DNA of 63,858 nt, counting the filler, from Octopus bimaculoides (Eukaryota), in NCBI RefSeq assembly GCF_001194135.2. It is 8 parts of 8 records of this genome, joined end to end, with 100 filler letters (N's around TTAATTAATTAA, not from the genome) between each part and the next. Parts side by side here need not be neighbours in the genome. Positions count along the whole stretch, not along the records: positions 61,205 to 63,858 come from NC_068982.1; 7 more parts are not named here. The stretch is one strand, 5' to 3'. Positions 63,066 to 63,858 of the stretch are shown here, piece by piece (position 1 is the first letter of the stretch; the number at the start of each line of letters is the position of its first letter). The position numbers and the translations under genes are program-made. The notes under the pieces were generated by a model that was not told the origin of the DNA, made no database searches, and was given only the letters and a program-made list of their open reading frames with translations.

Positions 63066-63858
63066 ATTTATATTATAAGTATTTATATATGTGTAGGTAT
63101 GTGTATGGTGGATGCATATACATATGTACAGGTATATGTATATGCATACCCATATATATGTTAAATACATGTTCATACATGCAAAGAAATACATATTTAT
63201 ATAAAATACAAGAGCAATGACTTGCAAATGCCTCGTCCATACTCTAGAAAATATCCATATAATTACATGCGTATATGACATGAATTTTTCCCAGGAATTG
63301 AATGAAGGTGACAAAGATTGTTTGAAGAAAAACGTACTGCAGGAAATTTTCTCTACAGCATTAGACATATTACTTATTTTGGGAAGTAAATAATAAACAG
63401 GATGAATGAGAGAGATATTGCAAATAGGATGTGAGACATGTAGGCTGCATAGGTTTTTCTTTCAGTAAATAAGTCTATGGAGGGATTACTTCTGCACTTG
63501 AGTGCATTTATTTAAAATGTGATTGTTGTTACATATGTGGACATGTATTAATAGATATTCACATACTGAGTGCGGCTTTCCAGGTGTATAAACGTGAATG
63601 GTATATACAATAATATCGATTGCGGTAAATTATTTTTTAAAGCTCGTACTTTAGCCATGATTCCTGTTTTTTTGCCCAACCCCAAAGTTAAGAGAGGTTA
63701 CAAAACGTACACCGATTTTCAAAATGAGACACACATTCACACATATACGCACACGCATACACACATCTACATATGCGCATATAATCGCAGATGGTGCTCA
63801 AATTTCCGTTTCTGTCTAAAGAATTACTTCGTAATATATATATATATATATATATATA

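Overview
AT-rich, repeat-dominated eukaryotic DNA from a gapped draft assembly. The SINE families and extreme microsatellite load suggest an octopus (coleoid cephalopod) genome; this is an inference. I could not confidently identify any host protein-coding gene, rRNA, true tRNA or CRISPR array. Nearly all ORFs in the supplied track are artefacts of N-gaps, microsatellites or SINEs. Recognisable content: about 40 tRNA-derived SINE copies or fragments in at least six families; non-LTR retrotransposon relics (RTE, RTE/RTEX-like, Tx1/L1-like, R4/Dong, two HERO-like); three Penelope-like fragments; several Tc1/mariner relics, one about full length; a Buster/Charlie-type hAT; and several MITEs. The most interesting unexplained or unusual structures are: (i) a Penelope element with inverted terminal repeats, each holding a partly decayed minimal hammerhead ribozyme; (ii) an in-frame 18-nt (hexapeptide, phi-W-V-D-x-x) repeat whose stops fall only in the Trp slot; (iii) a multi-kb degenerate 40-bp array with a 269-bp ungapped inverted paralogue; (iv) several nested or rearranged element architectures. 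A few splice-signal-flanked exon candidates are listed at low confidence. All alignments and counts were done by eye, and boundaries are approximate.
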